Of a DNA stretch of 64,000 nt, positions 1-10,278 are shown one piece after another (the first letter of the stretch is position 1; each line of letters starts with the position of its first letter). The stretch comes from Candidatus Sulfomarinibacteraceae bacterium. Lineage in GTDB: Bacteria > Acidobacteriota > Thermoanaerobaculia > Thermoanaerobaculales > Sulfomarinibacteraceae. The stretch covers positions 64,001 to 128,000 of the forward strand of contig CAWCLO010000007.1 of NCBI GenBank assembly GCA_963796455.1. The letters are read 5' to 3'. Made by a program: the position numbers and the translations under genes. Below the pieces are notes generated by a model. That model was not told the DNA's origin and made no database searches. It saw nothing but the letters and a program-made list of their open reading frames with translations.

Positions 1-885
1 GACGGTCTCGATCTCGGCCGCCCGCCACTGCCCTCTCCGACCTCGACGGCGACAGCCACGGCGACCGTGGTTCCGACCGCCACGCGGCGAGCCACGGCGG
101 TGCGGCAGGCGCGCACCGAACCAACACCTGCAAGTGCACCGCCGGTCCTGCAGATCGTCGGGGACGCGGGAGCCAGAATCGCCATCACATTTGACGGAAA
201 CGCTTCGTCGAAGCGGACCGACGAACTCCTCGATATGCTCCAGGATCTCGATCTCCAGGTCACATTGTTCGTGACCGGGCAGTTTATCGAGAAGTACCCG
301 GCTGTGATCCGGAGGACGGTGCTCGCCGGTCACGAGATCGGCAACCACACCTATTCGCATCCCCACCTGACGACCTATGCGGAAAACCGACGGCACGCTC
401 TCAAACCAGGGATGACCCGGGAGAGGCTGCAACGGGAGCTCCGCAGAACCGAGGAAGCCTTCGAGGCCGTCACCGGCAGATCCATGGCGCCTCTCTGGCG
501 ATCACCCTATGGTGAGGAAAACCGGACCCTGCGGGGCTGGGCACTGGAAATGGGATACCTCCACGTCCGCTGGAGTTCACTCCAGGGCGCATCACTCGAT
601 ACCCGGGACTGGGTCGACGACGAACACTCCTCTCTGTACCAGAATTCGAACTCCATCATGGAACGGCTGCTCAAGTTCCCCAAGCTCGAGGGCGGTCTGA
701 TCCTGATGCACCTGGCCACCGAACGGCAGGAGGCGCCATGGACCGAATTGCCGTCCTTCGTGAAGGCACTCAGGGATCGTGGTCTCGAACCGGTAGAGGT
801 CACAACAATTCTCGAAGCCTCGCCCACCTGGCGATCATGGCTGCAACGCGCCCGGCAAAATCATGCCGCGAGGAACGGAGAATAG
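1..885 (+). CDS. Polysaccharide deacetylase (NodB/CE4), 5'-truncated by window edge
   Basis: Frame open from base 1; TFDG, HEIGNHTYSHP, RSPYG and LMH motifs; Pro/Thr-rich linker. Confidence 0.85.
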   Translation, partial: DGLDLGRPPLPSPTSTATATATVVPTATRRATAVRQARTEPTPASAPPVLQIVGDAGARIAITFDGNASSKRTDELLDMLQDLDLQVTLFVTGQFIEKYPAVIRRTVLAGHEIGNHTYSHPHLTTYAENRRHALKPGMTRERLQRELRRTEEAFEAVTGRSMAPLWRSPYGEENRTLRGWALEMGYLHVRWSSLQGASLDTRDWVDDEHSSLYQNSNSIMERLLKFPKLEGGLILMHLATERQEAPWTELPSFVKALRDRGLEPVEVTTILEASPTWRSWLQRARQNHAARNGE

Positions 886-917
886 GCTTGGGACCTGGGG
901 TTTGAGGCTTGAGGCTT
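884..917 (+). repeat. Heptamer tract (AGGCTTG/GGGCTTG-type), left arm of an inverted pair
   Basis: aggcttgggacctggggtttgaggcttgaggcttg starts on the deacetylase stop codon; inverted CAAGCCT partner at ~1340-1370. Confidence 0.8.
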
Positions 918-918
918 G

Positions 919-1335
919 GATCACTCGTGTCCAAGACAGTGTCTCGGACAGGATTCAGGGACAGCGACGGGGACCGGCTGGCAGCGTCAGGGTTCAGGGA
1001 CAGCGACAGCGAACGGTAGTCAGCGTCAGAGTTCAGTCGGCAGCGTCAGCAATCAGCGATCAGCGACCGGGACAGCGAACAGCACTCACATCTTCGGGGC
1101 TCCGGCCTTTGTGGTGCGGCCGTCTCGGCCGCACGGTGTGCGGGCGAGACGCCTACACCACAACGGCTGTTCCTTCCGCTGAATGACCCGGAGGTGGCCA
1201 CTTCGCCGACTGGAATCCTGATCGCTGCCGCCGCCGCTGTCCTCTGTCGCTGTTCCCTGTCGCTGCCCCTGATCGCTGTTGCCTGTCGCTGACGCTGCAA
1301 ATCGGGAGCGCGATCGGGTGTGGGCCGTTCGCGAA
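919..1335 (-). mobile_element. MITE-like composite element, copy A (reverse orientation, far end degenerate)
   Basis: End gatcactcgtgtccaagacag at 919; CAGCGA-rich arm; REP-like doublet 1111-1161; TCGCTG-rich arm; homologous to copies at 32785, 36860 and 39303. Confidence 0.7.
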
Positions 1336-1353
1336 CATCTCAAGCGGCAAGCC

Positions 1354-2241
1354 TCAAGCCTCAAGCCCCAAAAACTCGAGCGCTGCCTGCCGCCCCGCAT
1401 CGACAAAGTCGTCAAAGTGCTGCCACTCGGCCCACCGGGCACCTCCGACGTCGGGCCGGATCACGTGGGTCGCAGATCTGAGTTGGCGCCGCCGCAGGAG
1501 CCGAGCCGTCATCATCTGGGTCCGCATCATGGTATCGAGGACGAGATCATCATCGCGGAGCGGTGCCACATCCATCGAGACATCGACCGCAATCACAGGC
1601 CATCCCTCGTCGCGCGCCGCCACCGCGGGAACTTCGGCCACGACTCCGCCGTCCACCAGCAGCCGCCCGTCGACCCTGGTCGGAGGCACCATTCCGGGAA
1701 TCGCGCTGGACGCAGCCATTGCAGGCCGCAACGAACCTTGACGCAGCCTGACTTCCTCACCGCTCTCGAGATCGGTGGCGACCACCACAAAGGGTTTCGG
1801 AAGCTCCGAAAACTGGAGGTCCGGAATCAGGAAATCGAGGGCCTGCGCCAACGCCTGTTCGTCGAGCACGCTGCTGCGGTTCATCGCAAAGGAAACCACA
1901 ACCCGGTTTCTGATCTTGCGAGCGACCTGAATCAAAGGATGCTCGGTGGACGCCGTATGGGGAAGCCTCCCGATCGGCCGCACGGTGGGGATCAGCTCCC
2001 TCTCGAGCGCCTCTTTCCACAAATCGATGGCACGGGCCGCAGATCGATGAGCCAGGAACATCCCGCCGGCGATAGCGCCCATACTGGTCCCGACAATGGC
2101 TCGCACATCGAGACCCACCTCTTCAAAGACCTGGAGGACCCCAAAATGGGCAAAGCCGCGCGCTCCGCCGCCGCCGAGCGCCAGCACAGGTGGCCGCAGG
2201 CGCCAGGATGCCCTTTTGATCGAATGCCTGAATTTGCTCAC
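1354..2241 (-). CDS. Patatin-like phospholipase
   Basis: GGGGARG, GTSMG and DGG motifs; GTG start inferred; stop codon lies in the CAAGCCT tract. Confidence 0.88.
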   Translation of the reverse strand: MSKFRHSIKRASWRLRPPVLALGGGGARGFAHFGVLQVFEEVGLDVRAIVGTSMGAIAGGMFLAHRSAARAIDLWKEALERELIPTVRPIGRLPHTASTEHPLIQVARKIRNRVVVSFAMNRSSVLDEQALAQALDFLIPDLQFSELPKPFVVVATDLESGEEVRLRQGSLRPAMAASSAIPGMVPPTRVDGRLLVDGGVVAEVPAVAARDEGWPVIAVDVSMDVAPLRDDDLVLDTMMRTQMMTARLLRRRQLRSATHVIRPDVGGARWAEWQHFDDFVDAGRQAALEFLGLEA

Positions 2242-2296
2242 AGGTTTCCGATCTCGTCGATTCAGCTCGGGTCGGCCCGTTTCGGCTGAATCGGGC

Positions 2297-3223
2297 TCAT
2301 TTCGCGGACTTCCGTTTCTTTGCCCCTTTCGCAGTCTTTGCAGCACTTTTGCGCTTTCGACTGCGCTGAGCATCTTCGGCCATCAACCCGAGCACCGCCT
2401 CCAACACACCCTCGGCCACCCGGCGTGACTTGTCCGAGATATGGTCGAGGTCATCGGTCCTGCCACGCGGATCCACATCGGCGATGCGGTCTCCCTTTTT
2501 CACCGGAACTCCGTCTCGGAGAAGGCCCCGAATGACTCCGGAGATCCGGGCCGTGACCGGGTAGGACGCATCAACCGGAACTCCCTCACGGAAATCCTCG
2601 ACGCCATAGACCGAAACGACCGTACCTATGCGTTCACCGCGCTGAACTTCCTGGCCGATTGTGTTCTGGGTGAAGAAGATCCCGTCGCGCACCGCCTTGA
2701 CGGCGCGTTCGTCGGCATATCCCATGATCTGAGCCGGAGGCTCGTCGGCGAGCCGCTCCCCGGTGTCTTCGAGCACCGCACCGACCTGCGGACCGCGGAC
2801 TGTGTCGACCACAGCATCACAGTCCTTTCGGGCCACGTATCCCGGCCCGAGTGCGATGACCACGGGAGCAATGCCCCGCTTGAGACCCCAGTTCTTTCGC
2901 AGCATGGCGGCCTCGATAAAGATCTTTGGCTGCCAGTCGAGCAGCACGTCTTCGAGATCGAGAGCGGCAACTGCGATCGCTCCTGAAGCGTTTGCTTCTC
3001 TGATCTCGTCGACGTCACGGGCAAATTTCCCTTTGACGCCTTGGACCGTGGTCGTGCCGTCGAGGATCGCTTCCGAAAAACAAACCTGACGTCGCACAGC
3101 CTTCGGGTACCGTCGTTCGAGCATGAGAATGTTGACGAACCCCTGCGTGTAGAGATGGTACGCAGTTCCGGATGCAAGCTCGCCCGCACCCCGGATCAAC
3201 ACTCGGTATTCGCTCGGCTTCAT
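2297..3223 (-). CDS. yqeB: Selenium-dependent molybdenum cofactor protein YqeB (EF2563 family)
   Basis: IRGAGELASG, AVRRQVCFSEA, IALGPG, GVIRGLLRDG and DVDPRG...ISDK motifs. Confidence 0.82.
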   Translation of the reverse strand: MKPSEYRVLIRGAGELASGTAYHLYTQGFVNILMLERRYPKAVRRQVCFSEAILDGTTTVQGVKGKFARDVDEIREANASGAIAVAALDLEDVLLDWQPKIFIEAAMLRKNWGLKRGIAPVVIALGPGYVARKDCDAVVDTVRGPQVGAVLEDTGERLADEPPAQIMGYADERAVKAVRDGIFFTQNTIGQEVQRGERIGTVVSVYGVEDFREGVPVDASYPVTARISGVIRGLLRDGVPVKKGDRIADVDPRGRTDDLDHISDKSRRVAEGVLEAVLGLMAEDAQRSRKRKSAAKTAKGAKKRKSAK

Positions 3224-3364
3224 CCATCCTCCGTCAGACTTCGGAAACGGACCCGCTAGATCACGAAGCGCGATGTTCGGACGAGCTGGCCTGCGTTGGC
3301 ACATTCTAGCGTGGGGAAATCAACCTGTCACGTGAAGGATTGGAATACATGGTTTTTGATACAT

Positions 3365-3634
3365 GATGCTCGATACTCGATACTCGATATTTGATGCGAA
3401 ATTCAGGATTCAGCACTCATTTCGCCGGGTTCAACAGGCGCCAGATCGTGGCACGGTCCTGATCGAAGGTATTCATCGTGTCACGGGCGGCCGCCCACCG
3501 GCTACCCATTCTGTTGAACGACCCGGAGGCGGCCACTTCGTCGCCTCGACTCCTGACCGCTGCCGCTGGACGCTGCCGCTGTGGCTGCAATCCGGGCACG
3601 GGCATGGGGCAACCGCGAACCGGTATAGGCCAAA
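3365..3634 (-). repeat. Degenerate, rearranged copy E of the composite element (no REP doublet)
   Basis: CTCGATA-type tract 3365-3397; 3510-3634 matches the reverse complement of the left half of copies C/D. Confidence 0.65.
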
Positions 3635-3637
3635 AGG

Positions 3638-4168
3638 TCAGGCCTCGTCGCCCTCTAATTCGAGCACATGAATATCCGGCAGGTTTCGGTAGACCTCGCC
3701 ATAATCCAGTCCGTAGCCCACCACGAAGAGATCCTCGATTTCGGTTCCCAGGAAGGCAATATCGATTTCGACTTGACGCCGCGATGGTTTGGATAAAAGA
3801 GAAACCACCTGAATCGATTTCGGGTGGCGCGCCCCGATCAACTGGATAACGTCGGTCAAGGTGATCCCTGTATCGACGATGTCTTCAACCAGATACACAT
3901 CCCGGTCGCGAACATCGACCGTAATGTCCTTGACCAATACCACCGAACCTGCCGAGGTCGTGCTCGCTCCATAGCTCGAAACCTGGATGAAATCCATTTC
4001 GATCGCGCGATTGATCTGCCGTGTGAGATCGGTGAAAAAAAAGACGCAGCCTTTCAACACGCCGATGAACACCGGTGACCGGCCCTCGAGATCGGTATTG
4101 ATCTCAGCTGCCACCCTCGCAGTCATTGCCTCGATCTCCTGCTTGCTCACTACAATTCGTCCAAGCAT
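3638..4168 (-). CDS. hpt: Hypoxanthine phosphoribosyltransferase
   Basis: GVLKG, VEDIVDTG and FVVGYGLDY motifs. Confidence 0.95.
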   Translation of the reverse strand: MLGRIVVSKQEIEAMTARVAAEINTDLEGRSPVFIGVLKGCVFFFTDLTRQINRAIEMDFIQVSSYGASTTSAGSVVLVKDITVDVRDRDVYLVEDIVDTGITLTDVIQLIGARHPKSIQVVSLLSKPSRRQVEIDIAFLGTEIEDLFVVGYGLDYGEVYRNLPDIHVLELEGDEA

Positions 4169-4287
4169 TTTGCCTCCTGACCCTCAGAATAACCAGGCCC
4201 TCGATCCAATCGGCCTCGCATACGGGATTCGCGATCTCTGCCGACTCAATTGCTACACCAACGCTGGTCGGTGTATCCTCAAATATC

Positions 4288-5937
4288 ATGGAATCTTCCA
4301 GCCAGACCACCATGAGCGTTCGGTATACCACAATGTCCGATCGCTTTCGATCTTTGTGGACCTTCTATCAATTCCTGGGCGGCGTTCTCAAACACCTCGG
4401 CGAAGGCCCGATGCCCTACAGCTACGATTTCCAGGGGCTCCATCGCAGAATGAAGGATCTGATCCACAAAATCGGCGTCGAGAACTCGGGCGACGCATCA
4501 CCCGAATTGGATCAACTGGAACGCGAACTCGATCGAATATGGGTCGATCTCGCGCGGATCGAAAAAGAGTTCCCGCCGTCGACGATGCGGAAATTCTTCG
4601 ACCACATCAAGCGCCAGGACGAAAAGGTACTGAGCGCCCTCCTCAAGTTCTATCTGCAATCGAGCCATTTCGAACAGGACACCCTCGACAAGCTGGACAT
4701 CCTCTTCACCCGCCTCGCGGAGGTTCCCCTGGAGGACGGTCTGGTCGGCGCGAAGGATCCGAACGACATTCTCCCTACCTTCATACGTCTCTGCGAATTT
4801 ACCGACATACCGGATCTACCTCCCGCTGAAGCGCAATCGCTGGTCCAGTCCGTGATCGCGATTCGCGATGAACTCGAGTCGATCGCGGACTACGGAACTC
4901 TGGTGGACTCGCGGGTATTCGACCGCTACCGCCGCCTGAAACAAAGGCTCGGAACCTCAGGGCTGCAACCTGCCATGCTGGTCGAGATCACTGCCACGAA
5001 CATCGTTGCAAAAAATCGTTTCGAAGAGCTCTTTCGAGCCGAGGAGGCAAAGGTCGCGGAGAATACGAACCGGATCTACGACATCGAGCGCTATCTGGCC
5101 CGGCACCCCGAACTCGCCAGCAGCGATATCAAGCGACAGATCGAGGAGTTCCGGCACAGCCGCATTCGTTATGAATCGAGCCTGCGGCGGAATAATGTCA
5201 AACGCGACGACATCAACGACATGACCCAGGCCATGCACAGCGTCCTGGCACAATTCGACCCAGCATCAAAGCGTCAGGTGAATCCGGCCACCGAATCGGA
5301 GCAAGTTTTTCCAAAACAGACCGGCGGCACTCCCGAGGCCCGCGGAACCGGTTCAAAGGGCGCGGACGAGCCGGATCTTCTGGTCGAAGAACTGGATGAC
5401 GAGGGCCGCCCGAAGGCTGCCACTTTGAACGATGTGCTCCCTCTCGATCCACTGCTCAACGAATCGCTCCACAAAATCATGTTTGCGCTCGAAATGGTGG
5501 TGTGGGATCGCCTCCCCACCCAGGTCACCGAAGCGCCGGAGATCAAAAACCTCGATCTCGAGGTCTGGGAAGTCGACACCTACCGCAAGCTGGCCGAGGG
5601 CAAAGTTGCTCGCGGCACCGCCGAATGGGAACTGGACAGCTTCTTTCTGACCAGCGCCGCACTCCGGGTCAAGATGGATGACGAGCGCAAGGAGATCACC
5701 CGTCTCGAGGACGGAGAAAACCCGGAACGGCTATTCGAAGTTCTGGAAAGGTCGGCGCAGAGTCTGGAGCGCGCACGTGACGCCGAACGTCGGTTTCAGT
5801 GGTTCGTCGACGACATGCTCTTTCGCAACGATACCAACCAACTGGAGCACATCTATCGTTCTCGTTTCCGGTTTCTACACGCCTACTCGGGTCTGTGGCT
5901 GACCCATCAACGCAGCGGCGGCCTGACACCGCTGTAG
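4288..5937 (+). CDS. Hypothetical helical/coiled-coil protein (start 4288 or 4312)
   Basis: Long ORF with native-looking composition; no family recognised. Confidence 0.7.
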   Translation: MESSSQTTMSVRYTTMSDRFRSLWTFYQFLGGVLKHLGEGPMPYSYDFQGLHRRMKDLIHKIGVENSGDASPELDQLERELDRIWVDLARIEKEFPPSTMRKFFDHIKRQDEKVLSALLKFYLQSSHFEQDTLDKLDILFTRLAEVPLEDGLVGAKDPNDILPTFIRLCEFTDIPDLPPAEAQSLVQSVIAIRDELESIADYGTLVDSRVFDRYRRLKQRLGTSGLQPAMLVEITATNIVAKNRFEELFRAEEAKVAENTNRIYDIERYLARHPELASSDIKRQIEEFRHSRIRYESSLRRNNVKRDDINDMTQAMHSVLAQFDPASKRQVNPATESEQVFPKQTGGTPEARGTGSKGADEPDLLVEELDDEGRPKAATLNDVLPLDPLLNESLHKIMFALEMVVWDRLPTQVTEAPEIKNLDLEVWEVDTYRKLAEGKVARGTAEWELDSFFLTSAALRVKMDDERKEITRLEDGENPERLFEVLERSAQSLERARDAERRFQWFVDDMLFRNDTNQLEHIYRSRFRFLHAYSGLWLTHQRSGGLTPL

Positions 5938-6012
5938 GAGCGGCCCCGGCATCAGCAGGATCCTCACCTCGACTGAAGCCCGGCCGCCGATGAAACGGAG
6001 AGATCAGCCAGA

Positions 6013-6606
6013 ATGAGGAATCGACGACTCGATATCGAAGACGGATGGCGGCCGGTCGGTGCCTCGTGGCGACTGGCGGCGACCGTGATCGATATGGCCG
6101 TTTATTGCGGATTGTGCCTGGTGGTCGCGGTTCCGGTGAGCCAGTCCTTTGACTGGAGCGCCATCTGGGGAGGCATCGACGAGATGGCCCTGGCAGCGTC
6201 CGAACCCGCATGGCTCGGCCATGCGTCGTCAATTCTCGGTCTCTGGATCGCGATGTGGTTGTGCTACTTCGTCGTCGGTTGGGGACTGCTCGGAGCGACC
6301 CCCGGGAAGTGGGCGCTCGGTCTCAGAATCATGGACTACCGGCAACGCAGTCCGATCGGAGCCTCACGTTCCGTTCTTCGTTTGGCAGCCTACTGCGTCA
6401 GTTCGGTCACCTTCGAGTGGGGTCATCTCCTGATGCTGATTCGCAGCGACCGCCGAGCCCTGCACGACGTGCTCGCCGGCACCAGGGTGGTCCGTAAATC
6501 GCGCCGCCCGATTCCGGCAGTGTTCGAAGCAGAATCCGAGGCCGTACTCGAAGAAGAGGACGAAACCGAAGCCGACGAACCAACCGAAGTTATCGATCAG
6601 TTCTGA
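6013..6606 (+). CDS. RDD family membrane protein
   Basis: WRLAATVID, GATPGKWALGLRI and RRALHDVLAGTRVV motifs. Confidence 0.88.
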   Translation: MRNRRLDIEDGWRPVGASWRLAATVIDMAVYCGLCLVVAVPVSQSFDWSAIWGGIDEMALAASEPAWLGHASSILGLWIAMWLCYFVVGWGLLGATPGKWALGLRIMDYRQRSPIGASRSVLRLAAYCVSSVTFEWGHLLMLIRSDRRALHDVLAGTRVVRKSRRPIPAVFEAESEAVLEEEDETEADEPTEVIDQF

Positions 6607-6607
6607 G

Positions 6608-6718
6608 GAGGCTTGGGGCTTGGGGCTTGGGGCTTGGGGCTTGGGGCTTGGGGCTTCTAGGAATTCACTGCTCTTCCGACACTGTCAAGCCTCAAGCCCA
6701 AGGTCCCAGGCCTCAAGC
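6608..6718. repeat. Inverted heptamer pair: (GGGGCTT)x6 / CAAGCCY-type, ~30 bp core
   Basis: Six perfect GGGGCTT units 6615-6656; caagcctcaagcccaaggtcccaggcctcaagc 6686-6718; lies between convergent genes. Confidence 0.9.
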
Positions 6719-6728
6719 TTTTTGCGCT

Positions 6729-7595
6729 TCAGCGCAAAAACCCCGCAAGTGAGTGCTTCTTGTGCGATCGGCGGAGCTTGTTGAGCGCTCGGCTTTCGAT
6801 CTGCCGCACCCGTTCCCTGGAGAGGTTCATGAATTCACCGATCTCGCGCAGGGTCTTGGGCTGATCGTCGATGAGACCAAATCGTAGCTTGAGTACGCGG
6901 CGCTCTCTTTCGGGTAGCTCGGCGAGGGCGTCTCGAAGGGCCCGGGCAAAGGATTCACGCAACAACAACTCGTCGGTGTCCGGCAGCCCGGTCTGTTCCA
7001 GAAGATCGCCAAGTTCCGAATCGCCCTCTGCATCGATCGGTTCGTTGAGTGACAGCGAGGAACGGGAGGCCCTGGTCAGCACACGAACATCCTCGACTGA
7101 AATCCCGAGTTCTTCCGACAATTCCTCATCTGTTGGGGAACGACCGAATCGTTCGCTGAGCAGCGATCGGATCCTTTCCAGCCGGTAAAGCGTGTTGGCC
7201 TGCTTCTGCGGCAATCGGAACGATCCTGCATGCTCGGCGAGGGCATGGAGAATTGCCTGGCGAACCCACCACACTGCATAGGTGATGAACTTGACGTCAT
7301 GGCCCTCGTTTGACGGATCGTATTTTTTTGCCGCCTGGATGAGGCCGAGATTGCCCTCGTGAATCAGATCGAGGAAGGGGACGTTGGGGTTTCGATACTT
7401 CTTAGCGTAAGCAACTACGAAACGGAGGTTGGATTCGACCAGTTCGCGCACCGCATTCTCATCACCTTCGTGAACCCGGCGGGCAAGTTCGATCTCCTGA
7501 TCGTGGTCGAGAGGGCGGTACCGGCCGATTTCTTTGAGGTAGCGGCGGAGTGTCGCCACTTCGGTGTCCGGCGAGGAACCGCCGCGACGTTTCAT
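6729..7595 (-). CDS. Sigma-70 family factor, RpoD/RpoS-like, lacking region 1.1
   Basis: YLKEIG, NLRFVV, DLIHEGNLGLIQAA, KFITYAVWWVRQ and SRERVRQIE motifs. Confidence 0.92.
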   Translation of the reverse strand: MKRRGGSSPDTEVATLRRYLKEIGRYRPLDHDQEIELARRVHEGDENAVRELVESNLRFVVAYAKKYRNPNVPFLDLIHEGNLGLIQAAKKYDPSNEGHDVKFITYAVWWVRQAILHALAEHAGSFRLPQKQANTLYRLERIRSLLSERFGRSPTDEELSEELGISVEDVRVLTRASRSSLSLNEPIDAEGDSELGDLLEQTGLPDTDELLLRESFARALRDALAELPERERRVLKLRFGLIDDQPKTLREIGEFMNLSRERVRQIESRALNKLRRSHKKHSLAGFLR

Positions 7596-7966
7596 TCTTC
7601 GTCCACGACCTTGAGAGTCGTCGATTCGACCTTCACCAATGCGTGATATCTGGGGACCGCACCATGCTCTTGGATCGTCCGGCGGATCATCGCGGCCAGG
7701 GCCTCGTTATCCCGCTGTAGGCGACGTATCTGCTGTTTCAGGTTGAGAATGATATCAACGCCCGCCAGGTTGACGCCAAGATCGCGGGTCAAGGCGAGAA
7801 TCACTTCGAGCCTTTCACAACTCTCTTCATCATAGAGCCTGGTATTGCCTCGAGATCGGGTGGGCTGCAGGAGACCTTCGCGTTCCCACAACCGAAGGGT
7901 CTGCGGGTGGACATCGTATTTCTCAGCCACCCACGAGATCATCCGATATTTCGGTTCTGGTTTCAC
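7592..7966 (-). CDS. hspR: HspR-like MerR-family heat-shock repressor
   Basis: VHPQTLRLWEREGLLQPTRSRGNTRLY and DLGVNLAG; directly downstream of dnaK; AGGAGG + GTG start. Confidence 0.82.
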   Translation of the reverse strand: MKPEPKYRMISWVAEKYDVHPQTLRLWEREGLLQPTRSRGNTRLYDEESCERLEVILALTRDLGVNLAGVDIILNLKQQIRRLQRDNEALAAMIRRTIQEHGAVPRYHALVKVESTTLKVVDEE

Positions 7967-8144
7967 GATCCCTCCTGACCAACGATGCCGGCATTCTCGA
8001 GCAGCGTCACTTGACACGACCGTGAGTCATCTCGACTCGTAGCGGCCCGTCTATCCGGCTGGTGATCTGGTGATTACTCTATCACCACCTGGATCTGCGG
8101 ACTTTTGTGACGACACGCTCCCGCAGCTTATTGCGCCTGTGACC

Positions 8145-8180
8145 AAAAAACCGGGGGCGCCGCGACTGCGGCACCCCCGG
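8145..8180 (-). terminator. Intrinsic terminator after dnaK
   Basis: ccgggggtgccgc...gcggcgcccccgg followed by T6 on the minus strand. Confidence 0.8.
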
Positions 8181-8196
8181 CGGCTTCTTTCAGATT

Positions 8197-10119
8197 TCAG
8201 TTCTGCTCTTCAGCGTCGACGTCAACATATTCGGCATCGATCACGTCGTCGTCAGCAGCGGCCTCGCCACCACCAGGCGCAGGACCGCCGTCGGCGCCGG
8301 CAGCAGCCTCACCCTCGGCCGAAGCGCTCTGATAGAGCACCGCCGCCACCTTGTGGCTCGCCTGGGTCAGCTTCTCATGGGCCTGTTCCATAGCTCCCGC
8401 GTCGCCTTCCTCGAGCACCTTCTTGGCTTCGGTAATCGCCTCGTCGATGGCGCCCGCATCAGTCTCAGCGAGCTTTTCGCGATTGTCGTTGACCAGCTTC
8501 TCGGTTGCGTACACGAGTCCGTCGAGTTTGTTGCGGGTCTCGATCTCGTTCCGTCGATTCTCGTCATCCCCAGCGTGGGTCTTGGCCTCATCCACCATAC
8601 GGTTGATCTCATCGCCGGACAAACCGGAAGAACTCGTGATCTCGATCTTCTGTTCTTGTCCGGTGCCGCGGTCCTTCGCCGCCACATGGAGGATGCCGTT
8701 GGCATCGATATCAAAGGTGACCTCGATCTGCGGTACACCGCGGGGCGCAGGCGGAATTCCAACCAGGTGGAATCGACCGAGCGGTCGGTTATCAGCCGCC
8801 ATCGGCCGTTCACCCTGGAGCACGTGAATCTCGACCTGGTTCTGATTGTCGTCGGCAGTCGAATAGACCTTCGACTTGTTCACCGGAATCGTCGTATTGC
8901 GCTCGATCACGACATCGGTCACGCCGCCAAGAGTCTCGACTCCAAGGGACAAGGGGGTGACGTCGAGCAGCACCACGTCCTTGACGTCGCCCGCCAGTAC
9001 GCCGGCCTGAACGGCGGCGCCGATCGCGACCACCTCGTCAGGATTGACGCCCTTGTTGGGCTCTTTGCCAAAGAAATCGGTCACCAATTTCTGAACCATC
9101 GGGATCCGGGTGGAGCCGCCCACCAGGACAACCTCGTCCACATCCTTGGCCTCGAGCCCCGCATCCTTGAGCGCCTGGCGCGAGGGAGCGAGGGTGCGTT
9201 GGATCAACGGCTCGATCATCTGCTCGAACTTCGACCGCGAGAGCCGAATATTGAGATGTTTGGGCCCCTCGGAGTCGGCGGTGATAAACGGCAGGTTGAC
9301 GTCGGTCTCCATCGTCGAGGAGAGCTCCATTTTGGCCTTTTCCGCCGCTTCCTTGAGCCGCTGAACGGCCATGCGGTCCTTGGACAGATCAACACCCTGG
9401 TCCTTTTTGAACTCTTCTTCCATCCACTCGATGATCACCTGGTCGATATCGTCGCCACCGAGATGGGTGTCACCGTTTGTCGATTTGACCTCGACAACGC
9501 CTGCACCCACTTCGAGGATCGAAATATCAAAGGTGCCGCCACCGAAGTCGAAGACGGCGATCGTCTCGTCATCTTTGTTTTCGAGACCATAGGCCAGGGC
9601 CGCGGCGGTTGGTTCGTTTACCAAACGCAAGACCTCGAGGCCGGCAATCTGTCCGGCATCTTTGGTGGCCTGTCTCTGAGAATCGTTGAAATAGGCGGGA
9701 ACGGTAATGACCGCCTGGGTCACCGGGGAACCGAGATAGTCCTCGGCCGCGGTCTTCAGTTTCTGCAGAATCATCGCCGAGATTTCCGGCGGTGAATGAA
9801 CCTTGCCGTCAACCTCGATCCGCGCGGTGTCGTTTTCCCCTTTGACGACCTTGTAGGGGATCGTCTTTATCTCTTCACCGACCTCGTTGAACAACCGGCC
9901 CATGAATCGTTTGATCGATGAAACGGTGTTCTCCGGGTTGGTGACGGCCTGGCGTTTCGCCACCTGGCCCACCAGCCGTTCTCCATTTTTCGAAAAACCC
10001 ACGACCGACGGGGTCGTGCGATTGCCCTCTTGATTTGGAATGACGACTGGTTTGCCGCCTTCCATTGCGGCGACAACCGAGTTGGTCGTGCCGAGATCAA
10101 TTCCTATAACATGAGACAT
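8197..10119 (-). CDS. dnaK: Chaperone DnaK
   Basis: [17 protein letters not shown] and DFGGGTFD motifs; full length. Confidence 0.99.
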   Translation of the reverse strand: MSHVIGIDLGTTNSVVAAMEGGKPVVIPNQEGNRTTPSVVGFSKNGERLVGQVAKRQAVTNPENTVSSIKRFMGRLFNEVGEEIKTIPYKVVKGENDTARIEVDGKVHSPPEISAMILQKLKTAAEDYLGSPVTQAVITVPAYFNDSQRQATKDAGQIAGLEVLRLVNEPTAAALAYGLENKDDETIAVFDFGGGTFDISILEVGAGVVEVKSTNGDTHLGGDDIDQVIIEWMEEEFKKDQGVDLSKDRMAVQRLKEAAEKAKMELSSTMETDVNLPFITADSEGPKHLNIRLSRSKFEQMIEPLIQRTLAPSRQALKDAGLEAKDVDEVVLVGGSTRIPMVQKLVTDFFGKEPNKGVNPDEVVAIGAAVQAGVLAGDVKDVVLLDVTPLSLGVETLGGVTDVVIERNTTIPVNKSKVYSTADDNQNQVEIHVLQGERPMAADNRPLGRFHLVGIPPAPRGVPQIEVTFDIDANGILHVAAKDRGTGQEQKIEITSSSGLSGDEINRMVDEAKTHAGDDENRRNEIETRNKLDGLVYATEKLVNDNREKLAETDAGAIDEAITEAKKVLEEGDAGAMEQAHEKLTQASHKVAAVLYQSASAEGEAAAGADGGPAPGGGEAAADDDVIDAEYVDVDAEEQN

Positions 10120-10154
10120 GATTCTATCCTCCTCAACTTTCGCATCCGGGCTTA

Positions 10155-10184
10155 AATATAAAACCTGAGCGTTCGTTTGTCAAG
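10155..10184 (-). promoter_or_regulatory. Sigma70 promoter of dnaK overlapped by a HAIR-like (HspR) operator
   Basis: Minus strand TTGACA-17-TATATT; CTTGACA-N7-GCTCAGG vs HAIR consensus CTTGAGT-N7-ACTCAAG (10/14). Confidence 0.7.
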
Positions 10185-10278
10185 TCTTTTATATTGTTTC
10201 TCCAAATTGGAGTTTTGAATCACCGAAAAGCCTGCGAGGGAACACAACGGCGGCCTCGGAGTCCCGCCCCGCGATTGT

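Noticed and set aside
863..1442. Mutually similar short ORFs (e.g. SGLRPLWCGRLGRTVC) here and near 32850-33370, 36910-37360 and 39345-39690
   Set aside because: Translations of the non-coding repeat element; frames and lengths are not conserved between copies.
8353..9795. 480-aa ORF antisense to dnaK, and similar long antisense ORFs (18893-20455, 27377-28834, 52144-53571, 59679-61481, 61722-63140)
   Set aside because: Shadow frames of GC-rich genes; each fully overlaps a well-supported gene and shows no family motifs.
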